A stretch of DNA of 64,000 nucleotides from Paragordius varius (lineage: Eukaryota; Animalia; Nematomorpha), in NCBI GenBank assembly GCA_964247055.1, contig OZ176057.1, positions 1,674,001-1,738,000 of the forward strand. Reading direction: 5' to 3'. The number at the start of each line of letters is the position of its first letter. The stretch's first letter is position 1. Position numbers and translations under genes: made by a program. Shown piece by piece: positions 62,083 to 64,000 of the stretch. Below the pieces are notes generated by a model. It ran no database searches and was not told where the DNA came from. It saw only the letters and a program-made list of their open reading frames with translations.

Positions 62083-64000
62083 TAGTTAGCGCTTACTTAT
62101 AGCATTGTTTGGATTAACAATAAAAATGTAATTATATGTTAAAACGTCAAATTAAAAGACAACCATATCTTATTAAAGACAACCACATTTTTAGATCTGA
62201 ATTTTTAAAGAATTCAATTTTGTTAAGCGAAATGTGAATTAGACATGCAAATTGGTTATGTACTCACTTAAATAAATTTGTAATATATAGTGTATGTAGG
62301 GAAACTTGGAAAAGGTATGGTTAACCTCTTTATATTAAAATAATTGCTTTTTATTTTTTGTGTTTTGTATCAATTACGCTTTTTACTGCATATATATATA
62401 TATATATATATCATCATTAGATTAAACTGTACATCTTTGTTGTTCTTTGTGTTAAAAATATTTATTCATTATTTTGTATTTCAATAAATTGCTTATTCAT
62501 ATATTTTGGTTCCATTATTATTTTTTTTTATGTTTGAACTCCATATTATTTGAATGTAATAAGCTGTTAATGCAGTAATACAGTTCTGATTTCTAATCTG
62601 CTACCTGCGCAAAGTCTGCCTTAATTATTAAAATTAATTTTAAATTTATATAATGATGTTTACTAAAAAAAATTGTGGTAAACCAGAGTAAAACATTAAT
62701 CATAAAATCATGGCTTATAACATAATTATTTGAGGGTGATGGTAAAAATTTAGTAAAAAATTGAAATTATACAGACAAAATTTTGAAACTAAACCAATAA
62801 TATTTTTTAGAAAGACAACCATATTATTAAACATTGATTCTTATAATTTTAAATCACATACATACTGGCATTTACATTCTTTTGTACAAATTTCATAATC
62901 ATTGTCAGCTTATAATTCATAGAGATATAAATTATTCTAATTTTCCGATTATTTTCGGCATAATTTCGGTTATTATTTTTTTGAGTTCTTTCTACATAGT
63001 AATTTAAAACTGCTATTTTTCATTTATTACCAGATAGGATATACAGTAAAGGGCAAAGTTATTGGTTAGCCAATAAAAATTATCTTTCTTCTATATTCTA
63101 TCTTAGGCATTAATAAATTTTTCACCGCATGTGAAAAGGCATAAATGCGTTATCAAATAATTTAATTATTTTTATATTGATTATAAAAATTAAAGGCTTT
63201 TCCCTAATCCTCATAGACAAATTAATATTATATATATTGTAAAACTACCTAACAAAACATGCAATTCAAAAATTTATTATATGATAATAAAAAATTTAAA
63301 GATGAAAGGATATTTCATTGATAAATTTTTGATGACCATAATTTTTATTTTGCATCTCTTGTAGCATACGTTCACATTTACATTTTTTACGGGATTTGCA
63401 TTTTTCTTAATTTACACATTGCGCTTTCTTGGCTATACATTTTTTCGATATTCTGAGCGGAAAAAGTGTCGTTATTTAGAGGATTTGATTTTATCAAAGT
63501 GTTTTGTAACGTTTTTGTTGTGTTTTAATCGTTATTCCAAATCTCAAGATTTTTGAATCAAAAAATAATATTAATATAGCCATTTAAATTTGCATATATT
63601 TTTATTTTTTTTGAATTGAGGGCCCAAAAAAGTTTTAATCAATTATAAACGATTAAAGATTCTGAATAAATGGTTCATCAGCTCCCCAATATTATCTTAT
63701 TAAGATATTGAAACGGAATCAAATAAGTATTCAGCCTAAAAATTTTCTTATCCATTCATTAGAACGAAACCAATCGATTATACATAATGATAGGACCAAT
63801 ATTTTTATTAGCGAGAGTTATTTCGCCCCTTTGTTTACGAATTTACATACTTGTATATTGCGAGGTAAAATCAAAATCGTTGCAGACTTAAGCTATAGAA
63901 AAACCTTCATTTTTACTGAATCATGGTATATTATCAGTATAGAGTTTTTATTTATAGTCTCTCCTGCCAATAATAATAATAATAATAAATAATTGCAAAA

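Larger units (their letters stand above)
59660..63820 (+). repeat. Segmental duplication, copy 2
   Basis: Colinear with 41410-47290; may extend past the window edge. Confidence 0.9.

Overview
AT-rich animal (invertebrate-type) genomic DNA. I found no prokaryotic features, rRNA, tRNA genes or CRISPR arrays, and the species cannot be determined from the sequence. (1) 3057-21176, minus strand: a gene of at least 14 exons that I could splice in frame by hand (GT-AG, all phases consistent, at least 1102 aa). It encodes a type II transmembrane collagen: ~160-aa N-terminal tail, one TM helix, a ~430-aa stalk with two RxKR furin-type sites, CPC, ~445 aa of Gly-X-Y built largely from 126-nt exons, CGLC, then the start of a spongin short-chain-collagen-type C-terminal domain whose remaining exon(s) I could not place. 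(2) ~22-43.5 kb: a dense transposon nest. It holds a Buster-type hAT with a satellite-bearing Helitron inside it, an RTE LINE, long-TIR foldback elements, hAT MITEs, a full-length degenerate Gypsy LTR element and mariner remnants. (3) ~41.4-47.3 kb and ~59.7-63.8 kb: a duplicated block. Each copy has a mariner fossil and an intact intronless 341/342-aa multi-pass membrane ORF of unknown family, and the two ORFs are much more alike than their flanks. Between the copies lie a second RTE LINE and an LTR-less internal fragment of the same Gypsy family. Most short ORFs in the supplied track are antisense shadows, repeat read-throughs or TE fragments. All alignments and counts were done by eye.
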